Of a DNA stretch of 64,000 nucleotides, positions 40,701 through 52,915 are shown in pieces. The DNA is taken from contig NC_134035.1 in assembly GCF_964204645.1 (NCBI RefSeq), positions 5,642,001 through 5,706,000 of the forward strand. The letters are read 5' to 3'. Made by a program: the position numbers and the translations under genes. The notes beneath the pieces were generated by a model. The model searched no databases. It saw only the letters and a list, made by a program, of their open reading frames with translations, and was not told the DNA's origin. Origin of the DNA: Tubulanus polymorphus (Eukaryota; Animalia; Nemertea). Position 1 is the stretch's first letter, and the number at the start of each line of letters is the position of its first letter.

Positions 40701-42093
40701 AATTGTATCTATAGAGAATTTACACATGACATTTAGTCCGTAACTGAACTGAACTGAAGCCAGACTTAACATTACACAAAGTACTGGTTGGGCTGCATCA
40801 GATACTTACATGGATCCGACTACGACTGCAAGTTTTAGTTGTCTTTTTCCTCCATTGATGAGCGATCGTTTTTAATACATGTCGCAAATCACCAGCACCA
40901 ATCACTAATAAATTGATCACATCTAAAAGGGAAACAATAGAGACCTAGCTACGGACACCTTAAACTGCAGTTGCTTCTGGCTTATCTTTGACAGCTCCGA
41001 GAAGGGGGTACCCGTTCGTAAGTACGCATCGTGCAAGATACAATCTTTAAAGTTTGTTGACTCACTTTTTATCAGTTGGTGGAGTTGGAAGTGCAGCAGT
41101 GAAGGCGTGCCCGTGGCAATAATTTACTAGAGATGTTTTTTCTTTCTATGAATATGGTACCATGTTTAAGACAGAATTGAAATAAATTCGCTGCGGCAAC
41201 ATATAACAACGTGACAAAAATCTGCATTTTTGTACTTCCTCCTCTTCCACAAGTCACAACGGCGAACGCTGATCGTCGTACCTCTGCATCATCGACTTTA
41301 CAGCAAACGCCAATAGGATTTGGTCTAACTGCAGTTTGGGTCACCTATCCACTGGGTGGCGCTAATGTCTATTTATTAATGGATGAGACCTGTTTTTCTG
41401 GGATATTTTGCTTACTTTTTGGGATACATACCTCATTTATGTCTTAACAGAATGCCAAAAATCGCGGACAACAACTGAATATCCGATATATTTCCAGTTC
41501 TGTACCAATTAGATGGATTGGCAAAAAGACTCCTTAAGTCCAGTTGAATGAGAGAGAAAATCTTCCATTTTGTGAAATTTCTTGAATTTTTACATTGTCA
41601 CCATGCCTACAAAATGAAGTTATTTTTCTTGTGGGGTCTCAACAACTAAATCAGGGTGGCGTAGGCATGGTAACAATGTTCAAATCCAAGAAATTTCACA
41701 AAATGGAGGATTTTCTCTCTCATTCAACTGGACTTAAGGAGTCTTTTTGCCAATCCATCTAATCGGTACAGAACTGGAATAATATCGGATATTCAGTTGT
41801 TGTCCGCGATTTTTAGCATTCTGTTAAGACATAAATGAGGTATGTACCCCAAAAAGTAAGCAAAATATCCCAGAAAAACAGGTCTCATCCAAAATAGACA
41901 TTATTAGTATTATTAAAGAATAGTGTTATGGTAAGGTTAGGTACATAACCATTAGGGACACCTAAACTGCAGTCATACCTAGGATTTTTTTCTTCTTAAA
42001 CATACCTTTATCTTGTTGAATATTTTCTAAAAGGTCTAAAGCTGGACTGAAACCCCACCAAGTAATCGAACCAAACGCATCGGTCGCCGCCAT
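34735..42093 (-). CDS. DNAAF3: Dynein axonemal assembly factor 3 (PF22)
   Basis: 14 phase-consistent exons: 42093-42006, 40922-40810, 38014-37921, 37702-37609, 37279-37216, 37090-37008, 36889-36796, 36630-36508, 36367-36245, 36154-36040, 35930-35865, 35721-35607, 35526-35370, 34794-34735. Motifs: [78 protein letters not shown]. Confidence 0.93.
38161..38502 (-). mobile_element. 3' fragment of the same Helentron/HINE-like family as 53254-54844
   Basis: CAACTAGGGGTCCAGGGACACCATGCCCACTTGGGA is the reverse complement of 54810-54845. The core repeats are shared; ORF-track peptides at 38429 and 54394 both contain [17 protein letters not shown]. Confidence 0.85.
38903..38975 (-). mobile_element. 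tRNA-derived SINE head (degenerate)
   Basis: Minus strand AGCTCTGTGGTATAGTGGTTA...GGGTCAAAATCC: A box good, B box degenerate. Confidence 0.4.
39047..40003 (-). CDS. Intronless rhodopsin-class GPCR (invertebrate peptide-receptor-like orphan), nested in DNAAF3 intron 2
   Basis: 318-aa ORF with 7 hydrophobic segments: GTFGN (TM1), LSLYD (TM2), CK...SLERA (DRY-equivalent), FTLP (TM6), NYVVNFYIY (NPxxY-equivalent). Confidence 0.88.
   Translation of the reverse strand: MNSTRTLIGRTYNSYIVLMSVVNRSGIYRTALLIILPILFLFGTFGNSATFLIMISRRFRGLAYANYLIVLSLYDSMFCINHTLMPVLQFVLCHIKYGPMFIINSVISCKIYEMLMAVANSSSSWLIVAVSLERAAVVLFPFTSRLICTPKFARFIILIIIAVNVLFIYLTLVWPIHFSDQFFGCYYELLDQITFFMLSVIHVYVLPLSLILISNSVIITQLFRGSKMVSSDQRTTKSKRTTITLVTVSLAFAIFTLPSTITVFLPISEEVKNALYDMFAPFQMCNYVVNFYIYLLLGREIREYFCMKFCRRNSYYYK
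40021..40128. repeat. 19-bp minisatellite (about 5.6 copies) in the GPCR 5' leader
   Basis: TGAGAGTGTACTGACTGTC repeated with period 19. Confidence 0.85.
40172..40337 (-). promoter_or_regulatory. Putative promoter of the nested GPCR: TATA box plus two CCAAT boxes
   Basis: TATAAAA on the minus strand at 40178-40172. AGCCAATAG at 40211 and 40329. Confidence 0.45.
41363..41903. mobile_element. Foldback/palindromic element, about 245-bp arms and about 50-bp spacer, in DNAAF3 intron 1
   Basis: 41381-41610 is near-perfectly mirrored by 41661-41890. Outer ends TAATGTCTATTT / AAATAGACATTA. Confidence 0.9.
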
Positions 42094-42230
42094 ATCTCCG
42101 CAGAGGAATTTAACAAAACTGTTGACAACTAGCTGTAACAAATATCGCCGAACGAGTAAAAACGTTGCGCTATCGCTGTAACAGTTCTGTCAAATTGAGT
42201 CATTGCTAGGTTACAGCGATAAACAACAAA
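42094..42230. promoter_or_regulatory. Compact bidirectional promoter of DNAAF3 and EFCAB2 with an X-box-like site and a forkhead site
   Basis: 137 bp between divergent ATGs. GTAACCTAGCAAT (minus strand, 42214-42202) is one mismatch from the RFX X-box. ATAAACAA at 42219-42226. 12-bp inverted repeat at 42171-42182 / 42210-42221. Confidence 0.7.
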
Positions 42231-42785
42231 ATGGCGGACGAAATCGTAGAAACTACTCCCGTCGGCATTCCCGGAGGAGAGGAACAAGAAGATGGCCAGA
42301 AAGACACGAAATCCGACGCGGAAGCGATTATCTACGACGTGCAGATGAGAATTACCGACGCTTTCAATATATTCGACCACGAATCCAACAAAACTGTCGA
42401 CGTACGCGAAGTCGGGACGATCATCCGTTCGTTGGGATGCTGCCCGAGCGAGGCCGAGCTACACGACATGCTCTGCGAAATCGAAGAGGAAGAACCGACC
42501 GGGTACATTCGTTTCGAAAAATTCCTGCCGATGATGACGCACGTATTGATGGAACGGCGATACAAGGCCGCGTTGGAAGATCAACTGTTGAAAGCGTTCC
42601 AAGTTTTGGACGCCGAATCGAAGGGACATATCACGCAAGAGGACCTGACTAAATACATGACCGAAGAGGGTGAACCGTTTACACAAGAAGAAATGGAAGA
42701 GATGCTATCGGCGGCCGTCGATCCGGATCAAGGAATCGTTCTATATAAAGACTTTGTATCAGAAATGGTCGTAGAAGAGACCTAG
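42231..42785 (+). CDS. EFCAB2: EF-hand calcium-binding domain protein 2 / dynein regulatory complex subunit 8, intronless CDS
   Basis: 184-aa calmodulin-like ORF with DRC8 signatures FDHESNKTVDVREVGTIIRSLGCCPSEAEL, EEEEPTGYIRFEKFLP and EEGEPFTQEEMEEMLSAAVD. AATAAA at about 43280. Confidence 0.92.
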   Translation: MADEIVETTPVGIPGGEEQEDGQKDTKSDAEAIIYDVQMRITDAFNIFDHESNKTVDVREVGTIIRSLGCCPSEAELHDMLCEIEEEEPTGYIRFEKFLPMMTHVLMERRYKAALEDQLLKAFQVLDAESKGHITQEDLTKYMTEEGEPFTQEEMEEMLSAAVDPDQGIVLYKDFVSEMVVEET

Positions 42786-43423
42786 GATATTTGTACCATA
42801 TCTTAGACGATAGATTGAAGAAATTTGTGAACTTGAAGTCATCGGAAATGTGATGGAATATGTTTAAGTAACTCCATTGTAAAATGATGCACACTCTGAA
42901 TTCTTATTGTTACATGCAACAACCAGACAGGCTGCTACATATTTTTGACAATCTCTTACACAATTCACATCAAAATCATCTGCCAATCATTGCTTTCTCT
43001 TGGCACCGTATATATTGGATAATGATGAAACTTGTATTGTGGAAAGATAATAGGCCTACAGCCTGATTTTTTACTTTTAAGCACTCACTGTGTTTGTATG
43101 CCTTGGTCTTTGTAGACTTCAGCTTAAATAGGGGGATGTCTATTGTTTTTTGTAGGCTGTTTGACTAAGTTAGATAGTCACGGGGTACTGTCTGTTTGGC
43201 TAGAATCCCAGAGTATGGTGATTAAAAATACCTGTGTGTAGTGTATATATCGTTATGATTTAATAATTTTTTGATAACTAATAAAAAGCGGTCATCGCGA
43301 ATTTTCAAATACTTTTTATCGTCAATCCCTGAAATCTAGGCCTTATTAGTGGTGTGTTAAAATATCGATCCATATCTTGTTCCATTGACGTTTTGAAATG
43401 ATGCCATTTATTGAAGAAAAACC

Positions 43424-43967
43424 GTTCGTTTTAGATCAAGATTTATATTTATTTGTGCAATCAGCATCGAATAAAAAGAGAGCGTGCTGGACGGAGCTAT
43501 TCAAATCTAACAGATGACTCGGAGGCTAATCTGGTGCGTGACTTCTTTCTATTTCTGCCTACTAATAATCAGCCGAGCTGTATTTACGACGAATAACCGA
43601 ACGACAGACGGACACTAGCGAACTATTGTTTTACGAACCAGCGTTTCACGATGAAATCCTTGCCTGGTATTTCAACATTCTACCATATATTCTACAGTTC
43701 GTTCTAGATCAAGATTTATATTTATTTGTACAATCAGCATCGAAATATAAAACGAGCGTGCTGGACAGCTAGTCAATTCTAACAGATGACTCGGGGGGGG
43801 GGGGGGGGGCTAATCTGGTGCGTGACTTCTTTCTGTTTCTACCCACTAATAACCAGCTGCGCTGTATTTACGACGAATACCCGAATGACAGACGGACACT
43901 AGCGAACTATTGTTTTACGAACCAGCGTTTCACGATGAAATCCTTGCCTGGTATTTCAACATTCTAC
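43424..43967 (-). repeat. Tandem duplication of the FABP last exon, 3'UTR and polyA signal
   Basis: Second copy of the coding exon at 43679-43623 with its own AG acceptor. Units at about 43424-43683 and 43697-43967. Confidence 0.9.
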
Positions 43968-46083
43968 AATACATTATGACATAAGCGGTTGATTATTTTA
44001 TCAAAACGAAGACTGAAACAGGACACAATCATGAAACGGGTATACACCACTAGCAGTGGACAAACAGTAACCTGTCTTGGGTTTAGTTTCACGATCGGAT
44101 ATTTTCACAAACCACATATGGTAAAAAAGCCCATCCGATTACCAAAGCTTACCACCAACGATTAGGTAACTAACTAGCAGTGGAACAGCATACAGAATAG
44201 CAAAACATACGTGAAAACTTTCAATTCATTGTCCGCGAATTAAGTTTGAGCATTTTAGCATATGTGTGGAGATACGAAATCGATTGCATAGAACTCCACT
44301 TCATAACATGTATGGCATATGTTTAGTACGACTACTCACCCACATCATCATGTCCCCGTCCATCGCCCGAGTTTCAAAATGATGAAATGCTTTATCACTA
44401 ACAGGTTGCATTTCAGTTCGCAGTGTACCTTCAGGTTCCCAAACGGGAGTTCCCTGAAATAAACGGATACGAATTTTAGATCGGGCGAGGCCGCGTGTAT
44501 CGCAGTAACAACTTCATTCATCACAGTATAACAACTAATGGCGACTAAAAATGTTGATGGAGATTAAATGTTGATCTGGTTTTGAACAAACCTTGAATTT
44601 TCGCCCATCTGGACTTTCGAAAGTGTACTCTTCACCGACGTTGAAACTGAATTTCAAATTTTTCTTCACCGGTAAATGCAATTCGATGTCGAAATGGTCG
44701 CCGTTCTGCTCGATTTTCTGCGTGGGTTTATTCCCCTTCGCTATTTCCATTCCCATTTTCTGCAGAAGACCGGCATCTACAAAACAATTCAACCCGATAT
44801 CATATACGGGGCATCCTGACCTTTATTGGTACAGCCTTTCGGCTAAGGGATCTAATTAGCTACGTAATCGTTGGCGGTAAGCTTTATTATTGGATGGGCT
44901 TATTGTGAAAATATTCGATCGCTTAAACCATGGACGTATAAACTAGATTAGACGTCCATGCTTAAACCAAACCATAGACAGGTTACCGACTGAAATTAGC
45001 AAATAAATAATTCTTCGATCTATTAACAATTATAACTTTTTTAAAGACACAGTTTACAGTGAAAAGCCCAATGCATTTACCGCAAAGAAAGGATTGAACA
45101 ATCTTCAAAAAAATCGCATAGATTGAGTGTCGTATTATTTTCTTTTGCCCCCGAATCGCAGCCACCATAGAAAGCTGAGTCATATTTATTGAACTGATAT
45201 TCAATGGATTTTCGGTCTTACATAGATAATTGCGGTATGATTCCGTCGTGTAATAAGATCTTCCCCGGAGGCATAAAACGCGTGAATATATAATACATAT
45301 ATTATTACTACTATTTCTTAGTTGTTTTTTTTAGATAAGGGAATAATGTAAGATATGGACTGTATTTTCTTGTTATGTTTTCCCAAATCAAGTGAATCAA
45401 TGAAAGGTCTAAACACCTTTCTTTATTCAATGCTTCCAAAGCTACATCGCGTAAAGTGTGCAATTAACGGGTCAAAAACAGTACTGTGCCATTTAGGATA
45501 TAGAAACCCGATTTAAAATTTATGTTAGATTATTTAATGTTATTGAAAGTGAAAATTGACGATTAAGACTTAGTTAGAAATATTACGTAATTATATAGAA
45601 TAATACAAGCCCAACGCACACACGGCAAAACATTTGTTTCATCAAACAAAAAACCACGATTTTCATAAAACGTTTTGAGTAAAAGTTTTACCTGCAAACG
45701 ATAAAACGTTCAACGCACATGGCATAACAAAAACACATCGAAAACGCGGAAAAATGTTTCTTCCTTGCCGCATGTCCGTTGGGCATAGATACAGGGTTGA
45801 GTCTAGTTCCATAGTTCTCGGATAACATTTTATCTGCTACGACGAAATCATCAGAAATGCTCAGTCAAACTCTAAACCGAGATCTGTGGATCTGGGTCCT
45901 GGGAAACTGTTTTAGACTTAGGCTATATATCGCTACTGAGTTTAAAATGAACACGAACCCAACCGGAGCCGCGTATGACATTATTATTTACACTATACCT
46001 TCTTTGAGAAACGCAAAAAATTTGTCGAGATTTTCGCTCTTTTCCAGTTTCCATGTACCAGTGAAATTAACGCTCTGAGCCAT
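43907..46083 (-). CDS. Fatty acid-binding protein (iLBP family), classic 4-exon structure
   Basis: Exons 46083-45999 (MAQSVNFTGTWKLEKSENLDKF), 44776-44592 (KPTQKIEQNGDHF..FNVGEEY..DGRKFK), 44453-44340, 43963-43907 (VKRWFVKQ*). Intron phases 1, 0, 0 as in FABPs. Confidence 0.88.
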
Positions 46084-46899
46084 GTTTACGGTGTGTTCGG
46101 GTGTATAGGCTGGGATGTGTTCCGAGTGGAGTGACTGCGGTAATAGATTTTCCTGTAACGATGGAGATTGCACACACAATTCAGGAGAGATCGATGTTTC
46201 GTGGCATTTTGTATAATTGTGATTCAAAGCAGCCATAATTCATTACTAAATCATCATCGTCATTTATACAGCTATGCGAATATGTATTGAATGAATAAGC
46301 AACATTAATATCTTAAATATTCTTTATTTAGGCCTGCATTGAAACTGTCATGACCTCAGACATAAGAACCATCTTTAAAACCTTTCACTTCCTTCGAAAA
46401 AAATTAGAAAAAAAATCCATTTACGAAACTCATCTCATCTTCGGCGTGTACCCCAGTGTTGTGTGCAATGGTTATAAAGATGTGCAAAGTATGAGAAATT
46501 ATTTAAGTCACACATTGAACTTACCAGATCTAGAATCACCGGCACGAATGAGTAAATGCGGCCTCGTCTGATTACCTTAGTCTCTGTCATCGCGCAGTCC
46601 CTGGCTGTGCGTCACAAAAAAACATGCCGTGATTGGTGCAGGTTTTTCAGACGGTAAAAGCAGGAAAATTTCTTTTGGTACATTATGAATGAAAGACCCT
46701 GAAAGGATCTACGCTGGGGCGGTTTTAATTAGATAGTAAGAAGAAAGTTCAAATTCTAGGCCGCTTTTTAATAAACTGCCTGGAAACCTCCGGCGCAACT
46801 GAGCACGGAATGACTGAGGCCCATCTCACTAAAACAAATTTGCTTTACCGTCGTGTACTAAAATGACCATATCGGAAACTGCAATGCAAAATTACCGAT

Positions 46900-47551
46900 A
46901 ACAGATTACTCATTTAGGCGTACCGTGGTAGGTCTTTGAATCAACAAACTGCGTGGCCGTAGGACAGAAAACCATTGATCCCGCCGCCCCGGCGTAGGGG
47001 CGGTACTATACTTCTACTTCGACCAATTTATGGCCACCATCAACCAGTTGATGATTTTGCCATCGAGAGGTGCATGAAAAAATTATTTTATTTTTTTGGG
47101 TGTTTATTATGGTTTTATTCAAAAAATTGCCCCAATGGCGTTAGGCAGTTAGGAGAGACTTGAAGGCTTCAAAGCTCTCGGTGGTCACCGTTGTGGCGGG
47201 TAAGGCATTCCAATCAGCGATGGTCCTTGGGAAAAATGACCACTTGCGTGCTTCGGATGAACACGTTGGCCGCTGGAATGCATGCTGGCTCAGGCCTCTG
47301 GAGTAGCGTATTGGCTTGACGAGACGAGTAGTGGTGTCTAGGTTGGCCATGCTTGTACATCATGGCTAGTCTGCATCATTCCTGCGCCTATTCTCCAGTG
47401 TCGGCCAATTCAGCTTCACCAACATTGCTGTGACGCTTGAGCGGTTGTGTTGACTATTGGTGACGAACCGTGCTGCTCGACGTTGGACCATCTCTAGTTT
47501 TCGGATATCTGAGGACTGGTGAGGATCCCAATACAACGCTGGCATATTCAT
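46900..47551 (-). mobile_element. 5'-truncated, decayed non-LTR retrotransposon (CR1/L2-group) 3' end
   Basis: ORF2 C-terminal motifs WDPH...KLEMVQRRAARFV...SSVTAMLVKLNWPTLENRR and SFFPRTIADWNALP...FK, split across two ORFs (47366-47551, 47141-47350). The 3' boundary is approximate. Confidence 0.85.
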
Positions 47552-48130
47552 TGGTACGGAAGAATTGCCAAAATTGTCTTAATCAAGTTGAATAGAGAAA
47601 ATATAGACATTTTGAAATGAGTAAATGCTAAGCAGCATTATCCAAACATCTTATGTTCTTTGTAAAATTTGTTTTGCCTTTTTTGTAAACCCAATGAGAA
47701 TATCATAGCACAATAAAGCAAATTTGAATTTGTTATCTAACAAATTGATTGATTGTATTGAATTCATACGTCGAGTAACATGGTACATTTTCTTTGTGAA
47801 TTTTGAACAATTCTTTTTAAAGATTGTTTATTCGGCTATTGCTTTTTGTCAAGAAAGTATTTGATCATTCGTCAATTGTAAGTTGCTTCTAATGACTGAG
47901 AGCACGTCTAGTGCGCATTTACCGATCAATTATCGCCCGTAGTTCTGTGAAAATCAGGCAAAACTGATTCAATTCAATTCAACAATTTATTGAAACGAGT
48001 GAGTAATGCTACAAGAAGGAGTACATTGTCATTAAGCCATATTCTTATTAGGCGGAATACCGGTATTCTTGCTTTATTTTTTCACAGATGAGTGTGTTGA
48101 TATGAATTAAAGTAAATTACAAGCTTCAAC

Positions 48131-51100
48131 ATGTTGTTCCTTGGTAGGTAAATCGCTGACATTCTCTTATGCACAGAAGTGGTTTGTAATAGGTAGTGCG
48201 TGGTGCACCGGTCCTCCTCATTACCAAGATGAAGTAATTTACCGAGATCAACTGAGATGACATGAAGTATAACATAAATATTTATTCCTTATCGATTTTA
48301 ACACTTGAAATCATATTATATCAGTAATAAATGCCTGCTGGAGGAGTCATATTTCACATATTTTGTCGGATATTTTGTAGAAAAATAACTTTTGACTTTA
48401 CCGAGATGAGATCAAGGATCGATCATATTCAAATTTTATAATCAATATCCTAGCATGTCGAACGTAAATGATAAAGTCAAATTTGTAACTATAATGTCCT
48501 CTATAGAAATGGCCAAATATTTAGGGAAATACATCGAGAAAGGGTCTAACTCATGAAAAAAAAACAATCTGAAATCTGAGTGTTACGTCGCAGTATCCAT
48601 TAATTAAACTATCACTGATTCACTTACTGAAAACCTGTCTACATCGTGTATATATGTATATTAAACTGTTATATGTATTCCATGTAATTTTATTGCTAAC
48701 CGAGATGACGTATTTGAAGTCAAAATTTTTTTAACCAAATATCTGGAAAAATATGTGAAATATGACTCTGGAAGGTATTTATTACTGATATAACATGATT
48801 TCAAGTGTTAAAATCGATAAGGAACAAATGAATATGTTATATTTCATGTCATCTCGGTTCATCTCGGTAAATAATGTCATCTCGGTAATAAGAAGGACCC
48901 ATGGTGCACTACTGAATACCAAAGTAAACCTTTTCAATGGCAATGCTTTAACCCTTTTGACAATACAACTAGCCTGAGTTGAACAAGCAAAAGTATTTAT
49001 AGGATTGAAAGTTGTTGTGTCTCAAATAAGGTGTTGATAGATAGTAATTAGGGCCTACGCTTATTTGATTAAGATAGAGACATCAGACAGATCTGCAGCC
49101 TAAAAATTGGCTTTTCAGCATCCCTGGACCCATATAGCGGTAGCTATTGACTATATTTTTGACTATACTGTTTCAGAAGTACCCGAGGACGTCGTACGGA
49201 AATGTTTAATCAACCATTTAGAACTATTCGACGATATAATCATCAGTGCAGACGAACCAACTTGGTCGCGATGGGATCGAAAACGCAAAAACACGCTCCA
49301 TTTTCATCGTAATACGACAACGACGTCCTGTTGTAAGTATTTCTATTCAAAATCTATAAATCGCATCGCGCGAGTAGTCTACACGGATGTGCTGATTTCG
49401 CAGCTATGGTGGAACGAAGTTTTCAAAGTCACTGCGATGGGTTATAACAAATCTGAGTACCGAACATTTTTATATCAATCAATCTATCGATTTTATAAAA
49501 AAATTTTATTGTTATTTATATTCTGTGTTTATTTTGATTGATCGTGATAGCGCTTCAGAGTAATTTTGTGATTAAAGCGCTCTTTTATTTTGTACGACAT
49601 AATAAATGAGGATCAATCGGGATAACAAGTACTGCGATAGCATAATGTAACGAGCATCCCACTGAAAAGACGAGAAAATAAGTTTAAAACAGGCGCGCTG
49701 GAAGCAATTTTTGATTGCTGCGGCCAAATACCGATTCTGGACAGGTTCTAAATATTGCCGCAGTGAATTTACTTAATTTCTTCAAAAACGTGGTATAGAA
49801 AGAAAATACGTCATTCAGTAAATTATTGCCGCGGCTTTCGCAGCTGCAGTCGCTGCACTTCCAACGCCTCTGTGAAAATGTTTCTTTGAGCTGCTGGTAG
49901 TTTATTCAACGTTTCGACTATAAACTTCAGGAATACAGGAAACATTTTCGGACTTAATCATTGCGGGATTCTAGTTGTATTATCGTCTCAACGCGGATAT
50001 AGCGTTTTATCAACGGTGGATTGCGATAACACGTCTAGCGTTTGAATTATCAACTCCTGGGGGTCGGTCTCGTAGACCGAGTATCTAAGTTATCGCGAGG
50101 GCTAAATCCTAAATCTGGTTGACAACCACCATAGTAACAATGAAAAACCATTGTTATAACTAACAAATTTCAAAATGTTCCCGGGGACTATTTTTCTTCC
50201 ACATCTATGAAACCTGGTTATTCGCCACTCGTGGTTATTTCTTTTCTAGTGAGTCAACAACAACCTGTTTCAGAAGGCAACAATGATTCGTTTGATAACG
50301 ATGCGAAATCGAGATCGGATGAAAATGCGCCTCGGCGTTCGTCGAATTGCGATTTACGAATCCCGAGCACGGTCACCGAGCACGAATCGCAGACGGCGTC
50401 GACGATACTACCGGTTGAATCGTTACCGGTGTCGATCGCTATGGAAACGGACTTCGTAACCACCGCTCCGGACGTCGAGCGAACGGAAATCTACGGCGAT
50501 CAAGCGATTAAAGCTTGCGACGACGATGAAAATGAAGATGACGTATTAAACGATGAGGAGGATTATAGCGGCGCGTACTCGTCGTCGGAGCGGATTGCCG
50601 ACGAGTTCTTGCAGCAAAACGGCGGTGATTCGTGGACGAATCGGGGAGATTCGCATGACGTACATTCGTCGCTAGTTCACGCAGAATATTTACACAATAC
50701 GGAGTCTCACAATCACATTACACAATCTGCAGGTAAAATATGACAACATTCAATGCTTATAGATTTTGTAAGCATTGATGTAACACTCTGAGAATATATG
50801 AGGGAAAGATAGAATCCCTGAGTTAATGATATAATTTTGACGTTTCAACTTAACGCTGATAATAGTCATCTTCGGGAATACATATGAGATCCAACAAATT
50901 GGTTAGACTCTAGGTACCGGTCCCAACTTTGTAAAAAAGTTGATCAAAGTTGATCGGTTTTATCGGGGAATATCTGCTGTCTCTAGGGGCTGGCTTTATA
51001 GACTGGTATCGACTTTAACCCGAGGGTTAACTTAATTTAAAATGAATTGAGTTAGCCCCCGGGTTAAAGTTAATACCGGTCTATAAAACCAGGCCCAGGG

Positions 51101-51341
51101 TTCTACAACCTATAAACCCTGGATCGATGAGAATAGGGACCGATGGCTAAAACCGCTGAAGCGTCGCCGCTAGTTTTTATTATCTCTCATTTTTAAACAG
51201 GTATCGATATGAACGAAGGCTTAGAGAACGATGAACAGGAGGGGATTACAATAAAAGAAGAGCCGCCCGACGAAATAGAAGAGATCGTATCAGAAGATGT
51301 GCTCACTGCTCATCTACCTGTTCCGCAGTCATTCGCAGAAG
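48131..51341 (+). CDS. Common N-terminal exons of a C2H2 zinc-finger gene (acidic, low-complexity linker; no recognisable BTB)
   Basis: Exons 48131-48143 (putative start, caacATG), 49177-49332, 50250-50732 and 51201-51341 are all joined in phase 1. The last donor is GAA G|GTGAGT. Contains an IKEE SUMO-type motif. The first exon is the least certain. Confidence 0.7.
48194..48911. mobile_element. Foldback/TIR element, about 170-bp arms, in the first coding intron of the zinc-finger gene
   Basis: About 48195-48365 is imperfectly mirrored by about 48745-48911 (for example TTCCTTATCGATTTTAACACTTGAAATCA / TGATTTCAAGTGTTAAAATCGATAAGGAA). Confidence 0.75.
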
Positions 51342-52388
51342 GTGAGTTCTATATATTTCATAATATCTTCTTATTAAAATCAAACGGGTCTTTTATGACT
51401 GTAGAACGAATGTAGCGAGACAGACTGATCTACAACAGAGGTCGTTAATGCCTGTAAAAAGTTGAAATTGTACTCGGATTTGTTTGTTTGACTTGGAATC
51501 TCGGAGAATTCTTCATAAGAAAACAAGAAAACAACGTGATAACGGCTTGCATCGTTGTTTACACGGAACTCTGGTTTTGCGAGCTCGGATAAAATTCGGT
51601 CCGTCCATGAAACGGAAGAACAAAGTTAAACTAGTGTATAGTATGTACGTGTAGCGTGATAGATGATTGAAGACTGGATGTACGTAGCAGTTTGAGAATG
51701 ATCAGTTTCGACGCCTGCTTGTACGGTGCAGTGATGGTCGCGGGATATGGTTTTGTTTTTCCGGTTTCTGTGACAATTGATAACCTTTAAAATGTCGCTG
51801 CAAGAAATGATCGACGTTGGATTTCACGATTTCTTACAAGAGTGTAATGTTGGATTTTAAGGAATCGACATCCGGTATACATTTCGTATAGAGTTTGCTC
51901 ATGACATCGTTCATTGCATTCACCGCATGAGGAATTGTTCCATTCAATTAGTATTGAATGGTGTCGTTTATGGAGGTTTTGCAGCCTCGTGCTTTTTCCG
52001 CTTTTCCAAGATCCTTATGGTTGTAAATCCTCTGATTATTTTGTCTGACTTAATGACAAGTACGCAGCAAGTCTCTATACATATTGGGCAGGGATTTACA
52101 CAGCAAAACGAAAGCCACTTTAAACATTGAAAATAAAACTCAACACTATTACTTACTCTCTAACACCGATATAGTATTTGCACATGGACGGCTTGTGAAA
52201 AGTAGCAGCTTGGTACAAGGGGATTACTGGTTGAATGGTCCCTTATAGGTATAATGCTGAACTGTACGTTTTCCTCCCTGTTTTATGATTACCCCCGGTA
52301 CCCATTTTGAAGACAAATATCGATAAGAACGCGATAAAAAAAATCAATTTGCGAATTGAATTGATCGACGACAATTTGCTGTTTTCAG

Positions 52389-52915
52389 ATGCCTGGATTT
52401 CTCCACAGCAATGGAATAGTAATTTGGTTCCACCGACAGTTTTCCCGCCGGTCGCTTACGACGACGGCTTGCCGATGACGGTGCGAAAATTACGCGTATC
52501 GAATCCGGTTCTAGCGGCAAGTCGAAGACGTTCGGCGCAAACGGTTAGCGGTGTTAGAAAATCACGTTCTCGCACGGGTCTTACCGCGGCGACCGCGCGT
52601 AATATCGACGATAACGAACGAACCGAGAACCGACGACCGACCGATAATAATCGTCACGCGGATTACGTCTTCAAGTGTCGCGATTGTCCGAAGATATTTC
52701 GCCTGCTGAACAGTTTGAAAGCGCACGTCAGAGTTAAACACTCGGGTATCGTGTTCGTCTGCGAGGTTTGCGGCCGGAGTTTCGATCGTAAATATTCGTT
52801 GCAGATTCACCTGGCTGTTCACACCGGCGAACGAAGACACGTGTGTCCCGTGTGCGATCGTCGGTTCACTCAACGCGCGTCGTTATTCACTCATATTAAA
52901 ACGTTTCATGAATGA
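52389..52915 (+). CDS. Alternative terminal exon A: 3 C2H2 zinc fingers
   Basis: TTTTCAG|AT phase-1 acceptor. Fingers CRDC..H..KH, CEVC..HLAVH-TGERRH, CPVC..HIKTFH. Own stop codon. Confidence 0.85.
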
